Assembly (NCBI GenBank): GCA_031962025.1
Contig: JAVRKW010000006.1
Strand: one strand, 5' to 3'
DNA length: 64,000 nt
Source: Pseudothermotoga sp.
GTDB lineage: Bacteria > Thermotogota > Thermotogae > Thermotogales > DSM-5069
The position numbers and the translations under genes were made by a program. Shown here one piece after another: positions 10,072 through 21,383 of this stretch. The notes below the pieces were generated by a model. The model was not told where the DNA came from, made no database searches, and saw nothing but the letters and a program-made list of their open reading frames with translations. Numbering within the stretch: position 1 is the first letter of the stretch; each line of letters starts with the position of its first letter.

Positions 10072-11649
10072 ATGAAGAAATTTTTGGTTGTCTTGGTTTT
10101 GATGGCTGTGGTATCGATTTTCTCGGCAGATCTTTCGATGATCATCTCAGTGACAGGCGCACATCAGAGAAATTTCAACCCTTATTTTGCCAGTGGAACC
10201 GGTTATGCAGCATGTGGTTTTATTTACGAAACCTTAGTGTATTCAAACAACTTCACCGGTGAGCTCATACCGTGGCTTGCTTCTAGTTATGAATGGAGTT
10301 CAGACTACAAAGAGATTACCTTCAATCTGAGAAAGAATGTGACGTGGTCAGATGGCAAACCTTTTACCGCAGACGATGTGATCTTTACTTTTCAGATGAT
10401 GAAAGCATTTCCGGCGTTAGACACACAAGGTATCTATAAGTCGGGATTGGAAAATATCGAAAAAATCGATGATTACACAGTGAAGTTGCGCTTTTCAAAA
10501 CTCAATACTTTGGTAATCTACAACATAGCAGGTGTCTACATAGTACCAAAACACATATGGGAAAAGGTTGAAGATCCATCCAAATTCACCAATGAGAATC
10601 CGATCGGTACAGGTGCTTATGTGCTTGAAACTTTTACGGACCAGGTTTTCACTTTGAAAAAGAGGGTAGATTACTGGCAGGCAGATAAGGTCAAAGTCGA
10701 CAGGATAAGAATTCCAGCCTTCAACGGGAATGAGCCCGCACAGCTTGCAGTGGCAAATGGTGAAATAGATTGGGCTGGTATAAATTATCCCAGGATAGAA
10801 AATATACAGAACAAGGACATAAAATACTGGTTCCCAGAAGGAAATCCAGTATTTCTGTTCTTCAATCTTGAAAGAGAACCTTTCAAAAATGCGGCTTTCA
10901 GAAAAGCTGTTGCCAAAGCCATCAATACAGACGAATTGATAAGAATAGGCATGACGAACTACGCTGTGAAAGTCAATCCTGTTGTCATCAAATCTGGATA
11001 CTCATATCTTATAGATGAAAGCTTGAAGAGTAAGTGGTACACTTTCAACCTGCAACAGGCTAAAACTGAACTTGAATCACTTGGTTTTAAAGCCGCTAAA
11101 GATGGAGTGCTGGTTGGACCGGATGGTAAGAGACTGTCTTATGAACTCATTGTCCCGGCTGGTTGGACAGACTGGATAGCAGTCTCACAGCTTTTGTCTC
11201 AACAACTCAAGAAGGTTGGTATAGAGTTGAATGTAACTCCAATAGACTTTGGTGCGTATTTGACCAAGATCAGACAGAAAGATTTTGATGTTGCGGTGAG
11301 CTGGTCAAACTATGGTCCAAATCCTTATATTTTCTTCCAGAATTATCTATACTCTTCGAATGCGTATGTTGGAAGTAACAGAGGAGGATGGATAGATAAA
11401 TACACAGATGAATTGCTCAATAAACTTTCTCAGACGGCTGATAAAGAAGAGATAAAATCCATAGTCTCAGAGATACAGAAAATCATACTTGATAATGTTC
11501 CGGCTGTACCGCTCTTCTACAACCCGGTGTGGTTCATTTACTCGACCAAGAACTTCACCGGCTGGCCAAATGAAAACAACGCTTTTGTGGAGCCAAGAAC
11601 AACTGGCATGGACAAAATCTATCTTGTAATGCATCTTGAACCAAAGTGA
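10072..11649 (+). CDS. ABC transporter substrate-binding protein, family 5 (oligosaccharide-binding subgroup)
   Basis: Signal peptide; RNFNPY, PAGWTDW, STKNFTGWP motifs resemble chito-/cello-oligosaccharide-binding Opp-family SBPs. Confidence 0.88.
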   Translation: MKKFLVVLVLMAVVSIFSADLSMIISVTGAHQRNFNPYFASGTGYAACGFIYETLVYSNNFTGELIPWLASSYEWSSDYKEITFNLRKNVTWSDGKPFTADDVIFTFQMMKAFPALDTQGIYKSGLENIEKIDDYTVKLRFSKLNTLVIYNIAGVYIVPKHIWEKVEDPSKFTNENPIGTGAYVLETFTDQVFTLKKRVDYWQADKVKVDRIRIPAFNGNEPAQLAVANGEIDWAGINYPRIENIQNKDIKYWFPEGNPVFLFFNLEREPFKNAAFRKAVAKAINTDELIRIGMTNYAVKVNPVVIKSGYSYLIDESLKSKWYTFNLQQAKTELESLGFKAAKDGVLVGPDGKRLSYELIVPAGWTDWIAVSQLLSQQLKKVGIELNVTPIDFGAYLTKIRQKDFDVAVSWSNYGPNPYIFFQNYLYSSNAYVGSNRGGWIDKYTDELLNKLSQTADKEEIKSIVSEIQKIILDNVPAVPLFYNPVWFIYSTKNFTGWPNENNAFVEPRTTGMDKIYLVMHLEPK

Positions 11650-11654
11650 TCGAT

Positions 11655-11678
11655 TCGGGGGTTAACGCCCCCGATTTT
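11655..11678 (+). terminator. Intra-operon stem-loop/terminator after substrate-binding protein gene
   Basis: TCGGGGG-ttaacg-CCCCCGA then TTTT, directly before the GGAGG SD of the permease. Confidence 0.65.
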
Positions 11679-11693
11679 CTGGAGGTGTAGTTT

Positions 11694-12668
11694 TTGAAAT
11701 ACATTTCTCAGAAGATTTTGTTTTTTCTCATAGCTCTCTGGACAGCTCTGACGTTGAATTTTCTGATTCCCCGTTTGATGCCGGGAGATCCTGCGGAAAG
11801 AATTATGTCTCGGTTTTCCTCAGAAGTTAGTGAAAGTGCTGTTGAAGCTTTGAGAATTGCCATAGGTCTGGAAAAGGACAAACCTATTCTTGTTCAATAT
11901 GTTGAATACATTAAAAACAGTTTTTCCGGTAACTTCGGCATCTCTTATGTGTACTATCCAGTTTCTGTGAAAGATGTCCTTGCATCTTCTCTGCCCTGGA
12001 CCATAGGGCTGGTTGGAATCTCAACTGTGATAAGTTTTTTGATAGGAACGTGGTTGGGAGCAATCGCTGGATACAAAAGAAATAGACCAATTGGAACGAC
12101 TCTGACTATGATGTCTTTGATGATAAGAGCCTTTCCATATTTCTGGCTTGCGATGATGTTTCTCTACGTTTTTGGTTATGTTCTCAAATGGTTTCCACTC
12201 TCAAACGCATATTCAACCAAAGAGTTTCTCAGCGGTTGGGATTTTGTTGCCAGTGTGATATATCACGCCATTTTGCCGGGTATGACACTGGTTGTTGCGT
12301 CTCTTGGTGGCTGGATTTTGACGATGAGAAACAACATTGTCACTGTTCTGGCTGAGGATTATATACTCCTTGCTGAAGCCAAGGGACTTTCACAAAAAGA
12401 GATACTCAGCAATTACGCAATGAGAAACGCCATCCTGCCAAGTATAACAGCCTTTGGTTTATCCTTGGGATTTGTGGTGAGCGGCGCACTTTTAACGGAG
12501 ATTGTTTTTTCTTATCCCGGAGTAGGTTACCAGCTATACAGAGCAGCCGTCAGTCAGGACTATCCTTTGATACAGGCTATCTTTTTCTTCATCTCACTGT
12601 CTGTACTGAGTGCGAATCTGTTGATGGATTTTGTGTACATGTTTCTTGATCCAAGAACGAGGGGGTAA
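11694..12668 (+). CDS. ABC transporter permease (OppB-like)
   Basis: PRLMPGDP, GNFGIS, AEAKGL, RNAILP; TTG start with SD. Confidence 0.92.
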   Translation: MKYISQKILFFLIALWTALTLNFLIPRLMPGDPAERIMSRFSSEVSESAVEALRIAIGLEKDKPILVQYVEYIKNSFSGNFGISYVYYPVSVKDVLASSLPWTIGLVGISTVISFLIGTWLGAIAGYKRNRPIGTTLTMMSLMIRAFPYFWLAMMFLYVFGYVLKWFPLSNAYSTKEFLSGWDFVASVIYHAILPGMTLVVASLGGWILTMRNNIVTVLAEDYILLAEAKGLSQKEILSNYAMRNAILPSITAFGLSLGFVVSGALLTEIVFSYPGVGYQLYRAAVSQDYPLIQAIFFFISLSVLSANLLMDFVYMFLDPRTRG

Positions 12669-12672
12669 GTTC

Positions 12673-13485
12673 TTGACTGTGAAAACATGGATTGGTTTTA
12701 GTATAATCGTGTTTTTCCTTATAGTAGCAATATTTGCTCCATACATAGCACCATACGACCCAAGTGAAATAGTTGATCTACCTTACGAACAGCCGAACAA
12801 TTTACACCTTCTTGGCACTGATCGGTTGGGAAGGGATATTTTTTCGCAACTGATATACGGGACAAGACTTTCACTGTTGATTGGAGTGCTCACCGGTCTT
12901 TTCATGACCGGTATATCAACTCTTGTTGGCATGATTTCAGGTTACTATGGAGGAATTGTCGATCGTGTTCTGTCGACAATAACAGATGTGTTTCTGGTGA
13001 TACCGGGAATTCCCCTGATGATTGTGATATCTTCCTACATAAGGGTTCGAAGTTTTTGGACCGTTATACTTGTCATAGCGATCACCGGCTGGGGTGGTGG
13101 TGCCAGGATAATAAGATCACAGATGCTTTCTGTTAAAAATAGAGACTTTGTGATCGCGGCAAAGATGGTTGGAGAAAGAAATATCAGAATTATCTTTTCT
13201 GAGATATTTCCAAACATGCTGTCTTTGATAGCTTCGAATTTCTTCAGTGCTGTTTTGTACGCGATTATCGGTGAAGCATCTTTGTCTTTCCTTGGTCTGG
13301 GTGATGTGAGCAAAATTTCATGGGGTACGATGCTTTACTGGGCACAGAGTGCCAATGCTCTGTTGAACCGAATGTGGGCTTGGGTTCTTGCGCCTGGCTT
13401 GGCAATAGTCATGCTCGGAACTGCTTTTGCACTTTTGAATTTTTCACTCGATGAAATGACTAATCCAAGGCTGAGAAAGCGTTAG
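12673..13485 (+). CDS. ABC transporter permease (OppC-like)
   Basis: LLGTDRLGRDIFSQ, DFVIAAKMVG; start likely TTG 12673 or GTG 12679. Confidence 0.9.
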   Translation: MTVKTWIGFSIIVFFLIVAIFAPYIAPYDPSEIVDLPYEQPNNLHLLGTDRLGRDIFSQLIYGTRLSLLIGVLTGLFMTGISTLVGMISGYYGGIVDRVLSTITDVFLVIPGIPLMIVISSYIRVRSFWTVILVIAITGWGGGARIIRSQMLSVKNRDFVIAAKMVGERNIRIIFSEIFPNMLSLIASNFFSAVLYAIIGEASLSFLGLGDVSKISWGTMLYWAQSANALLNRMWAWVLAPGLAIVMLGTAFALLNFSLDEMTNPRLRKR

Positions 13486-13494
13486 GGTGATTCA

Positions 13495-14439
13495 ATGGTC
13501 GAGATTTTGAATCTGAAAGCAGGTTACCGTTTCAGAAAAAAGATCATTAGGGCAGTAAATGGCGTCAATCTGAAGGTTTATGAAAAAGATTTTCTTGGTA
13601 TAGCCGGTGAGTCTGGCTGTGGAAAGTCTACTCTCGTTCTGGCGATGCTAAGGTTGCTGAAAAGCCCCGGTTATGTAGAATCTGGCAAAGTCTTGATAGA
13701 CAAAGTAGATATATTCAGCCTATGTGAGGAAGAATTGTCCAAGATTCGCTGGAAGGAATTTTCTCTTGTTCCACAGAGTTCTATGAATTCACTTAATCCT
13801 GTTATGAAAATAAAGGATCAGATCGCAGACGTGATACTTCATCACATGAGTATTGGAAAAAAACAGGCTTATGAGATGGTTGAGGATGTTCTAAAACTTG
13901 TTGGTATTCCGCTAGATCGTGCAAACAGTTATCCACACCAGCTTTCTGGAGGAATGCGCCAGAGAGTAGTCATAGGAATGGCACTGGTTCTTTCTCCAAA
14001 ATTTGTGGTTTTTGATGAACCAACGACAGCCCTGGATGTGGTTGTGCAAAGATCAATTCTGGAAAAAATCTTTGAGCTGCAGGAGGAAAAAGGATTCTCG
14101 GCAGTTTTCGTAACGCACGATATCTCACTTTTGTTTGAAATATCAAAACACTTAGCCATAATGTACGCAGGTGAGATAGTCGAGTACGGTGATACCAGAT
14201 ATGTCTATGAAAAGCCATTACACCCTTACACAAAAGGTTTAATTGAAGCTTTACCAAATATATCTGCAGAACTCAGAGAGTACAAAAGTATTGCGGGAAG
14301 ACCACCAGATCTTTCCATTCCAATTGAAGGATGTCCTTTCTATGAAAGATGCCAGTTTAGAAAAGAAATTTGCCTTAAACAGCATCCAGAGTACAAGCAG
14401 GTTGAGCAAGGCAGGTGGGTTTCTTGTCATCTGTACTGA
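13495..14439 (+). CDS. ABC transporter ATP-binding protein (OppD-like)
   Basis: GESGCGKS, LSGGMRQR, DEPTTALD. Confidence 0.93.
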   Translation: MVEILNLKAGYRFRKKIIRAVNGVNLKVYEKDFLGIAGESGCGKSTLVLAMLRLLKSPGYVESGKVLIDKVDIFSLCEEELSKIRWKEFSLVPQSSMNSLNPVMKIKDQIADVILHHMSIGKKQAYEMVEDVLKLVGIPLDRANSYPHQLSGGMRQRVVIGMALVLSPKFVVFDEPTTALDVVVQRSILEKIFELQEEKGFSAVFVTHDISLLFEISKHLAIMYAGEIVEYGDTRYVYEKPLHPYTKGLIEALPNISAELREYKSIAGRPPDLSIPIEGCPFYERCQFRKEICLKQHPEYKQVEQGRWVSCHLY

Positions 14440-15362
14440 TTGCAGAAGGAATTGTCAAAAATTTCGTTTTGAGAAAAGGTATAAAACACTACACAGTGCA
14501 CGCTCTGAGGGGAGTAGACCTTCATCTTAAGGAAAAAGAGATACTGTCAATCGTTGGAGAGAGTGGCTGTGGCAAGACAACTTTTTTAAGGGTTGTCGCA
14601 AGAATATACGTTCAGGATGATGGAAAATTATCTGTGCTCGGTGAACAAATTCCAAAGAAGATGAGCAGAAATCGAGAATTGGAATACAGAAAAATCGTTC
14701 AGATGATCTTTCAAGACCCTTTCTCGGCATTGAACCCGGTGAAAAAGGTGGGCAAGTTCCTTGAGAGACCTCTTAAGATCTTCAAAATACCTGATGTGAA
14801 AGAAAGAATAAACGAAGTGTTGAGAGAAGTCGAACTGCCTGTTGATTCCATCGAAAAATACCCGCATGAACTGTCTGGTGGGCAAAAACAAAGAGTGGTC
14901 ATTGCACGGTCGATTATAACCAAGCCAAAGATAATACTCGCCGATGAACCCACTTCCATGCTTGATGTGTCGATAAAAGCCTCTATACTCAACCTGCTTT
15001 TGAAATTGAGAGAAAACCATGCCGTTTCTCTGATTCATGTTACACACGATCTTGCCTGTGCAAAATACATCTCTGACACGATAGCGGTTATGTACGCCGG
15101 ACAGATCATTGAAGAAGGAGACGCAAAAATGGTAGTTGATGAACCATTACACCCGTACACCAAATTGCTCAGAGCCGCAGCACCAGATCCCAACAAAGTT
15201 GGCAACAAACTGGGACAGACAGGAGAACCCCCCGATCTTATAAATCCTCCCACTGGATGTGCCTTTATGCCAAGATGTCCCTATGCTAAAAAAGAATGTT
15301 CGAATTTTTCGCAAATCGTGAATGTCGACGGCAGAAAAGTAAGGTGCATTTTATATGCCTGA
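14415..15362 (+). CDS. ABC transporter ATP-binding protein (OppF-like)
   Basis: GESGCGKT, LSGGQKQR, DEPTSMLD. Confidence 0.93.
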   Translation: MGFLSSVLIAEGIVKNFVLRKGIKHYTVHALRGVDLHLKEKEILSIVGESGCGKTTFLRVVARIYVQDDGKLSVLGEQIPKKMSRNRELEYRKIVQMIFQDPFSALNPVKKVGKFLERPLKIFKIPDVKERINEVLREVELPVDSIEKYPHELSGGQKQRVVIARSIITKPKIILADEPTSMLDVSIKASILNLLLKLRENHAVSLIHVTHDLACAKYISDTIAVMYAGQIIEEGDAKMVVDEPLHPYTKLLRAAAPDPNKVGNKLGQTGEPPDLINPPTGCAFMPRCPYAKKECSNFSQIVNVDGRKVRCILYA

Positions 15363-15384
15363 TAGGTGCTGTGAATAATAAAAT

Positions 15385-15855
15385 TCATTGGGCAGCGGAA
15401 GCCAAAAATTCTATTATTTTTTGAATATCTGGTAGTTCTTTGATTGGATATACCTTGAAAAAGATGATTTTTCCATCTTCATCGATTATAATGTTTGCTC
15501 TCTCTGAGAAACCATCTTTTTCTCTGAATATATTGTACATTTTTGCAACTTCGCCGTGGGGCCAGAAATCAGAGAGAATCTTCAGTTTCTTCAGATTCAG
15601 CGATTCTGCCCAGGCTTTTTTGCTTGGTACGGGGTCAACGCTCAGTCCAAGTGGAACTGTGTTCAATTTTTCAAATTGATCGTAGTGCTGTTCTATTGAT
15701 TTCATCTGGTTTGCACAAACAGATGTCCATGCCAATGGATGGAATGAGAGAAGGACCTTTTTACCCTTCAACTGTGAAAGTCTGATTGTGTTGCCATCCT
15801 GATCCTTCAAAGAAAAATCCGGACTGGTTGAACCTATTTCCAACATTTTCATCAC
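15385..15855 (-). CDS. Peroxiredoxin (AhpC/TSA, AhpE-like 1-Cys)
   Basis: [35 protein letters not shown]. Confidence 0.88.
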   Translation of the reverse strand: MMKMLEIGSTSPDFSLKDQDGNTIRLSQLKGKKVLLSFHPLAWTSVCANQMKSIEQHYDQFEKLNTVPLGLSVDPVPSKKAWAESLNLKKLKILSDFWPHGEVAKMYNIFREKDGFSERANIIIDEDGKIIFFKVYPIKELPDIQKIIEFLASAAQ

Positions 15856-16706
15856 CTCCGCTTTGACTCAATAAGATCCATGAGTTTCTCAATACTGTGC
15901 TTTCTTTTGAAAAGTGGGTCTAAGGAATTTTTATAAACTCTTTGTTGTGATTCGAAGGTTGGTCTTTCCTGGGCATAAAACACGCCCAGTGGTAGTGGAG
16001 ATTTTTCCATAGCCTTTTCAAAAGCCTTTTGAAGGTTTTTTTCATCGTGGTCTTTCATATAGTAAGTGTTCTGTTTGAACCATTTGTAGGTGTTGACTTT
16101 GTTGAAAGTTACACATGGCTGAAATATATCTACAAGTGAGAATCCTTTATGGAGAATGGCTCTTTTTATGATTTCTTTTGTTTGCTCTATGTCGGCACAA
16201 AAGGCTCTTGCGACAAAGGAACATTTCAACGATAAAGCAACGGCTATGGGGTTAAAAGGCTCGTTGATAACGCCGTTAACCTGTACGGGTGTTGTGAATC
16301 CCATTTCACTTGTTGGTGAAGCCTGACCTTTTGTCAAGCCATATACCATATTGTTGTGAACCAAAACGGTTATGTCCGAATTTCTTCTTATGGCATGTAC
16401 AAAGTGATTTCCTCCTTCACCGTACATACAACCGTCTCCGCTTTCGACAATTACTACAAGGTTTGGGTTGGAAGCCTTTATCCCTACAGCCACCGGTAGA
16501 CTCCTTCCATGCAAGCCGTTGAAATAATTGCATTTTATGTATTGAGGAGCTTTTGCTGCCTGACCGATACCAGAGACGAGTACGAGATTCTCTGGTTCTA
16601 TACCGAGTTCTTCAAGTGCTGATTTGACTATGCTGCGTATTGAATAATTGCCACAGCCGGGACACCATGCTATATCCACATTTTCAAGATCGAATTTCGT
16701 GGACAT
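15852..16706 (-). CDS. 2-oxoacid:ferredoxin oxidoreductase beta subunit
   Basis: WCPGCGN, LHGRSLP, GDG...NN TPP motif, [11 protein letters not shown]. Confidence 0.92.
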   Translation of the reverse strand: MSTKFDLENVDIAWCPGCGNYSIRSIVKSALEELGIEPENLVLVSGIGQAAKAPQYIKCNYFNGLHGRSLPVAVGIKASNPNLVVIVESGDGCMYGEGGNHFVHAIRRNSDITVLVHNNMVYGLTKGQASPTSEMGFTTPVQVNGVINEPFNPIAVALSLKCSFVARAFCADIEQTKEIIKRAILHKGFSLVDIFQPCVTFNKVNTYKWFKQNTYYMKDHDEKNLQKAFEKAMEKSPLPLGVFYAQERPTFESQQRVYKNSLDPLFKRKHSIEKLMDLIESKRR

Positions 16707-18403
16707 CAGATCTCCCCCTTTATAAAGCTTTGAACGGCATCTGTTATTTCTTCAACATAAAAGGGTAAGCCATCGTATTTGTTCAATGTTTTGAAATTGT
16801 TGAAACCGAGCTCCATTTTAAGGAGTTTTCCAAGTTGCGAGGTCGCATTTGATTCTACAACGAGTGTTTTCTTTGACTTGTTCAGATATTCATTCAGATT
16901 GGATGGTAATGGGTAAAGTTGTTGTAGATGAACAACTGCCAGATTTTCAAAGTCTTTTGTTGCCTCAAGAACAATATCTCTTGTCGAGCCAAAACACACT
17001 ATGAGATATTCAAAATCTTTGTCACCGATGAACTCTGCTGAAATTTCGTCGGAGAAGTTCTTCAGTTTTCTCAACCTTTTTTCGACCATTTTCTTCCTTG
17101 TTGAAAAATCTTCTGTGATTTTACCAGATTCATCGTGTTCATCACTGTCTACACACACCAAGCCGTTCCCATATCCCGGTACACCTCTTTGAGAGATGCC
17201 GTTTTCCGTTATTTCGTATCTTCTGTACTCAGAAGAAGTTTTCACGATGTAACTGGGCAGATCCTTTATCTGTTCAAGTTCCTGGAAATTGTAGATTGTG
17301 TCCATTAGATACTGGTCTGTGAGAACAAAAACAGGTATTTGATATTTATCTGCAATATCAAAAGCTTTCATCGTGCAGGAAAATGCCTGTTCGAGATTAC
17401 CCGGTGCAAGGATCACCCTTTCAAATTCACCGTGACCGGAGAACAACGCAAACATCAGGTCTGCCTGCTCGGTTCTCGTTGGAAGACCGGTCGCAGGACC
17501 GGGTCTTTGAGCAAGGTGTATTACAATCGGACTTTCTATCATCCCGGCAAGGCTCAACGCTTCTGTCATCAGTGCAAAGCCTCCGCCGCTGGTCGTCACA
17601 AGTGCTCTTGCTCCGGCATACCATGCCCCTAAAGCCATATTCATCGCAGATATTTCATCTTCCGCCTGCTCAACTATTATGTCGAATTCTTTTGAATAAA
17701 CTGCAAGATTGGTGAGAACACCTGTGGAAGGAGACATTGGATAAGAGGAGACGAAGTTACAGCCACCGGCAACAGCACCCAGTGCAACGGCTTCAGCGCC
17801 GTTCATCAACAAGTGGTTTTTCACTTTTTGATCTGTTTTCAGATCCACTTTGATATCTAAATCTACGTTTTTGGTGAAATAATCATACCCCAGTTCAATT
17901 GCTTTTTTGTTTTCTTCGCAGATCCTGGATCCCTTGTTGCAAAACCATCTCTCAACAGCCGAAAGTGCATTTTCAAAAGGAAGTTTCAAAAGAGCACAGA
18001 GCATGCCAAGAACCACAGAGTTGGAATACAGTTTATCCCCAGCTTGCATGGCTAACTTCAAAACAGGTATCTGCCTGATCTTTGATTTGAGATCATCAAG
18101 CTTTGTATTCGAATCTGAGTCGACAAAGATGAAAGTATTTTTGTCTATCCTATTCAAAAGCCTGTGAATGTGCATTTCTCCTGGCGACAGAGAAAAAAGA
18201 ATATCTGTTTTTTTGCAAAAAGCCCTTACCGGACTGTCACTGACTCTTATCAAAGTCGAGTTGCTTCCACCTCTAACACGAGACATATACTCTTTATAGG
18301 AAAAGACATTCAAACCATATTGCTTGAGAATTTTTGGGAAAAGATATTCAATCGTCTGAATGCCCTGCCCGGCTTCACCGCAAATGACAATGGAAAGATC
18401 CAT
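16706..18403 (-). CDS. 2-oxoacid:ferredoxin oxidoreductase alpha subunit (gamma-alpha fusion)
   Basis: [39 protein letters not shown] 18403 with GGAGG SD. Confidence 0.92.
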   Translation of the reverse strand: MDLSIVICGEAGQGIQTIEYLFPKILKQYGLNVFSYKEYMSRVRGGSNSTLIRVSDSPVRAFCKKTDILFSLSPGEMHIHRLLNRIDKNTFIFVDSDSNTKLDDLKSKIRQIPVLKLAMQAGDKLYSNSVVLGMLCALLKLPFENALSAVERWFCNKGSRICEENKKAIELGYDYFTKNVDLDIKVDLKTDQKVKNHLLMNGAEAVALGAVAGGCNFVSSYPMSPSTGVLTNLAVYSKEFDIIVEQAEDEISAMNMALGAWYAGARALVTTSGGGFALMTEALSLAGMIESPIVIHLAQRPGPATGLPTRTEQADLMFALFSGHGEFERVILAPGNLEQAFSCTMKAFDIADKYQIPVFVLTDQYLMDTIYNFQELEQIKDLPSYIVKTSSEYRRYEITENGISQRGVPGYGNGLVCVDSDEHDESGKITEDFSTRKKMVEKRLRKLKNFSDEISAEFIGDKDFEYLIVCFGSTRDIVLEATKDFENLAVVHLQQLYPLPSNLNEYLNKSKKTLVVESNATSQLGKLLKMELGFNNFKTLNKYDGLPFYVEEITDAVQSFIKGEI

Positions 18404-18419
18404 AAGAATACCTCCAAAC

Positions 18420-18452
18420 AAAAAAGCCCTGGATTTTTCCAGGGCTTTTTTT
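18420..18452. terminator. Bidirectional intrinsic terminator
   Basis: A-tract, GCCCTGGA-tttt-TCCAGGGC, T-tract between sor and the OFOR alpha gene. Confidence 0.8.
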
Positions 18453-18846
18453 ATTCTTCGACTTCGATTCTTGCACTGTTATCCCACAGACCGTGTATAT
18501 TGCAGTATGACAGTGCAAAAATTGTTCCAGATTTGCTGATCTTCACCACAGTTTTAACCACAGGTTCAGTGTAAACATCACCTGTATTTGGACCTTTTGT
18601 AGATTCACCGTGCACGTTGAATTCGTAGTTGCCTATTTCGTACACATACGGATCACCATCTGGCTGGAAGAACAGTTTAATCCACTTTATGTGGTGTTCA
18701 GTCGTATTCGGGTGTGGAATTTGTTTACCAACACAAGCTGTGATTTCTACTTTATCTCCCTTCTTAACTTTCTGAGCTACTTCTATAATTGGTACGTGTT
18801 TTTCTTTTTTAAAATCTTCTGACTTGATAAAATCAGCGAGTTTCAT
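18451..18846 (-). CDS. sor: Superoxide reductase (neelaredoxin-type, class II SORL)
   Basis: EKHVP, HPNTTEHHIKWI, YCNIHGLW motifs. Confidence 0.93.
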   Translation of the reverse strand: MKLADFIKSEDFKKEKHVPIIEVAQKVKKGDKVEITACVGKQIPHPNTTEHHIKWIKLFFQPDGDPYVYEIGNYEFNVHGESTKGPNTGDVYTEPVVKTVVKISKSGTIFALSYCNIHGLWDNSARIEVEE

Positions 18847-18859
18847 ACACTTCCCTCCT

Positions 18860-19372
18860 TTAAACAGAAAATTCTACGTACATTTTTTTGGAAGAACCAC
18901 AGACCGGACATTTTTCCGGTGGCTCGTTTTCCACTGTGTGACCGCAGACTGAGCAGATATAAATTTTGTTGGCTGGGTAATCCTCTTTTTTCTCTACAAA
19001 GTCCTTAGCCATTTTGTACATCTCTGCATGGATTTTTTCAGCTTCCCATGCGTATTTTGTACTTCTTTCAGCACCCTTTTCCTGCTGAAATTGTGCGACT
19101 GTGTTGTAAACTGGATACATTTCGTTGATCTCAAAGGTTTCACCATCGATACACTGCTGTACGTTGTCCTTCATTTCTTGATGAATTTTACCCAGTTCTC
19201 TGTAGTGGTTTCTCGCATGAACAAATTCAGCGTAGGCTATTGCTCTGAAAAGATTGGCAAGTTTCTTCAATCCCTTTCTTTCAGCCTCGTCTGCAAAGAT
19301 CAAATACTTCATGTGTGCCATGCTTTCGCCTGCAAAGGCATCTTCCAAAAATTTTTTGGTCATTTCTCTCAC
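18860..19372 (-). CDS. rbr: Rubrerythrin
   Basis: AFAGES, EFVHA, GETFE...MYP, EKIH, C-terminal CSVCGH...CPVCG rubredoxin domain. Confidence 0.93.
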   Translation of the reverse strand: MREMTKKFLEDAFAGESMAHMKYLIFADEAERKGLKKLANLFRAIAYAEFVHARNHYRELGKIHQEMKDNVQQCIDGETFEINEMYPVYNTVAQFQQEKGAERSTKYAWEAEKIHAEMYKMAKDFVEKKEDYPANKIYICSVCGHTVENEPPEKCPVCGSSKKMYVEFSV

Positions 19373-19452
19373 TCATCTCACCCCCTATTTTTATTATACA
19401 ACACATTCAATTTACAGTTTGATTCAAAAATTAATGCTCAATCACCAGACTC

Positions 19453-20439
19453 TTAATTTTTCTTCAGAATTTCTGTATTGACCAGATTTGGTGGTATCTC
19501 ACCCATCAAAGCCTTTATGATGTTTTCAGCCGCCATAACAGACATCCTGGTTCTGGTTCTGTACGAAGCCGAACCCAGATGCGGTGTAAGAACGACGTTG
19601 TCCATCTTTAGAAGTTCTGGTTCAATCTGTGGCTCATTCTCAAAAACATCCAGTGCAGCACCTCTTATCCAGTTGTTTTTCAAAGCTTTCACCAGGGCTT
19701 TCTCATCTACCACAGGACCACGTGCGGTGTTTATCAGGTAAGATTCTTTTTTCATCATTCTCAACTGTTCTTCTTTGATTAAATGGTATGTCTGTTTGGT
19801 GAGAGGAAGATGAAGGGTTACAAAATCAGATTCTCTTAAAAGGGTATTTAAGTCGACGTATGTTGCTTTCAATTCTTTTTCAATCTGCTCGGAAATTCTG
19901 GATCGGCTGTAGTAAAGAACCTTCATATCAAAACCCAGGGCTCTTTTTGCCACAGCCTGACCTATCCTTCCAAAACCAATTATACCGAGTGTTGCACCAT
20001 GCAGATCTGTGCCCAGAAGCAACATGGGTTCCCATCCACGGAATTTTCCGGCTCTCACAAATTTATCACCTTCGACAATCCTTCTTGATATTGCCATCAT
20101 CAAAGCCCAGGCTAAGTCTGCTGTCGTTTCTGTTAATACACCCGGTGTATTGGTCACCATTATGCCTCTCTTAGTGGCTTCTTCGATGTCTATGTTGTTA
20201 TAACCGACGGCATAGTTTGCAATGACCTTGAGCTGTGGTCCTGCTGCGTCCATGACCTCTCTGTCCACTGTATCGGTCAAAAGGCACAACAATCCATCAA
20301 CACCTTTGACTTTTTCGATCAGCATTTGTTTTGGTATCACGCCATCATAATCGCTGACCTGTACATCGAAGTGGTCATAAAGCATCTTGAGACCTTCCTG
20401 TGGAATTGTTCTTGTAACAAAGACTTTTTTTCTTGCCAT
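19453..20439 (-). CDS. gyaR: Glyoxylate reductase / D-glycerate dehydrogenase (D-2-hydroxyacid dehydrogenase)
   Basis: AVGYNNID, TNTPGVLTETTADL, GFGRIG, NTARG, LDVFENEP, PHLGSA. Confidence 0.85.
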   Translation of the reverse strand: MARKKVFVTRTIPQEGLKMLYDHFDVQVSDYDGVIPKQMLIEKVKGVDGLLCLLTDTVDREVMDAAGPQLKVIANYAVGYNNIDIEEATKRGIMVTNTPGVLTETTADLAWALMMAISRRIVEGDKFVRAGKFRGWEPMLLLGTDLHGATLGIIGFGRIGQAVAKRALGFDMKVLYYSRSRISEQIEKELKATYVDLNTLLRESDFVTLHLPLTKQTYHLIKEEQLRMMKKESYLINTARGPVVDEKALVKALKNNWIRGAALDVFENEPQIEPELLKMDNVVLTPHLGSASYRTRTRMSVMAAENIIKALMGEIPPNLVNTEILKKN

Positions 20440-21375
20440 TCACAAAACCTCCTTTAATCTCGCATACGATGTGAGAAAAGTCCTTTTTGCATTGGCAATG
20501 ACAAGTTCTGGATCTTCATCTGGCAGTGGTTTTATTTCAAAAGATACCACGGGTTTGTTTTTCTTTTCAAAGTAGTTGTTCTTCAAAAGCGCTTTTAGAA
20601 AATATGTGAGTTCATCGATATCATTGCTGCCGTTTTTGATACCAAACCTTGGATGCATATCTCCATAAGCAGGATGATCTTTCTGAAGAACAGCGTTGCC
20701 AATGTGAGCATGTGTGATGAAAGCTGAAAGCAGGCTAATAGTGTAAAATGAATCTTCAAACAAAAGCGGCTGATGGGAAAGATCAACGGTCAAGCCGAAG
20801 TTTTTGCAAAATGTTCTGACCTTTGAAGCGATATCAAAGGCTATCGGGGCTGGTCCAACAAGGGCTTTTTTGTCGACAGACCAATCAAAAATCTCTAAGT
20901 TAACAGCCAGTGTATAGCCGTGATTATCTGCTTTTGCTTCGGCATAATCGCAGAGTTCAACCAGAGATTCAACCAGCTTATTTTTTGCAGTTTCAATTTG
21001 ATCTTCTTGCGGCATCTTGCCGCTCAAGAGCGCCACTGCTTTTGCACCGCTTATATATGCTCTATCGATGACCTGTTTGATTTTTTCGACGGCTTTTAAT
21101 CGCTCTTTTTCATCGAGTGAATTCAAATTCAACTTATAGGATAAAACCAGAGGCTGTGCCGCTATCAGCAACTGAACCCTTGCAGTATTGCACATTTTTC
21201 CTATCTTTACGAGAGTATCTTCGTCAACAAGAGCGCTAACTTCGATGGCTTGGAAAAATTCATCGATCAGAATCTTTCTAACGCTTTCAATTATTTGCTG
21301 CTGAGTTTTCGCATCTGGATAAGCCATGAAGTGCACTATACCCATGTGAAAAAGATCGTACCACAATTTCATCAC
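20440..21375 (-). CDS. Xylose isomerase-like TIM-barrel sugar phosphate isomerase/epimerase
   Basis: NLEIFD, TVDLSH, HAHIGN, SFEIKP metal-binding pattern. Confidence 0.75.
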   Translation of the reverse strand: MMKLWYDLFHMGIVHFMAYPDAKTQQQIIESVRKILIDEFFQAIEVSALVDEDTLVKIGKMCNTARVQLLIAAQPLVLSYKLNLNSLDEKERLKAVEKIKQVIDRAYISGAKAVALLSGKMPQEDQIETAKNKLVESLVELCDYAEAKADNHGYTLAVNLEIFDWSVDKKALVGPAPIAFDIASKVRTFCKNFGLTVDLSHQPLLFEDSFYTISLLSAFITHAHIGNAVLQKDHPAYGDMHPRFGIKNGSNDIDELTYFLKALLKNNYFEKKNKPVVSFEIKPLPDEDPELVIANAKRTFLTSYARLKEVL

Positions 21376-21383
21376 CTTCTTTT

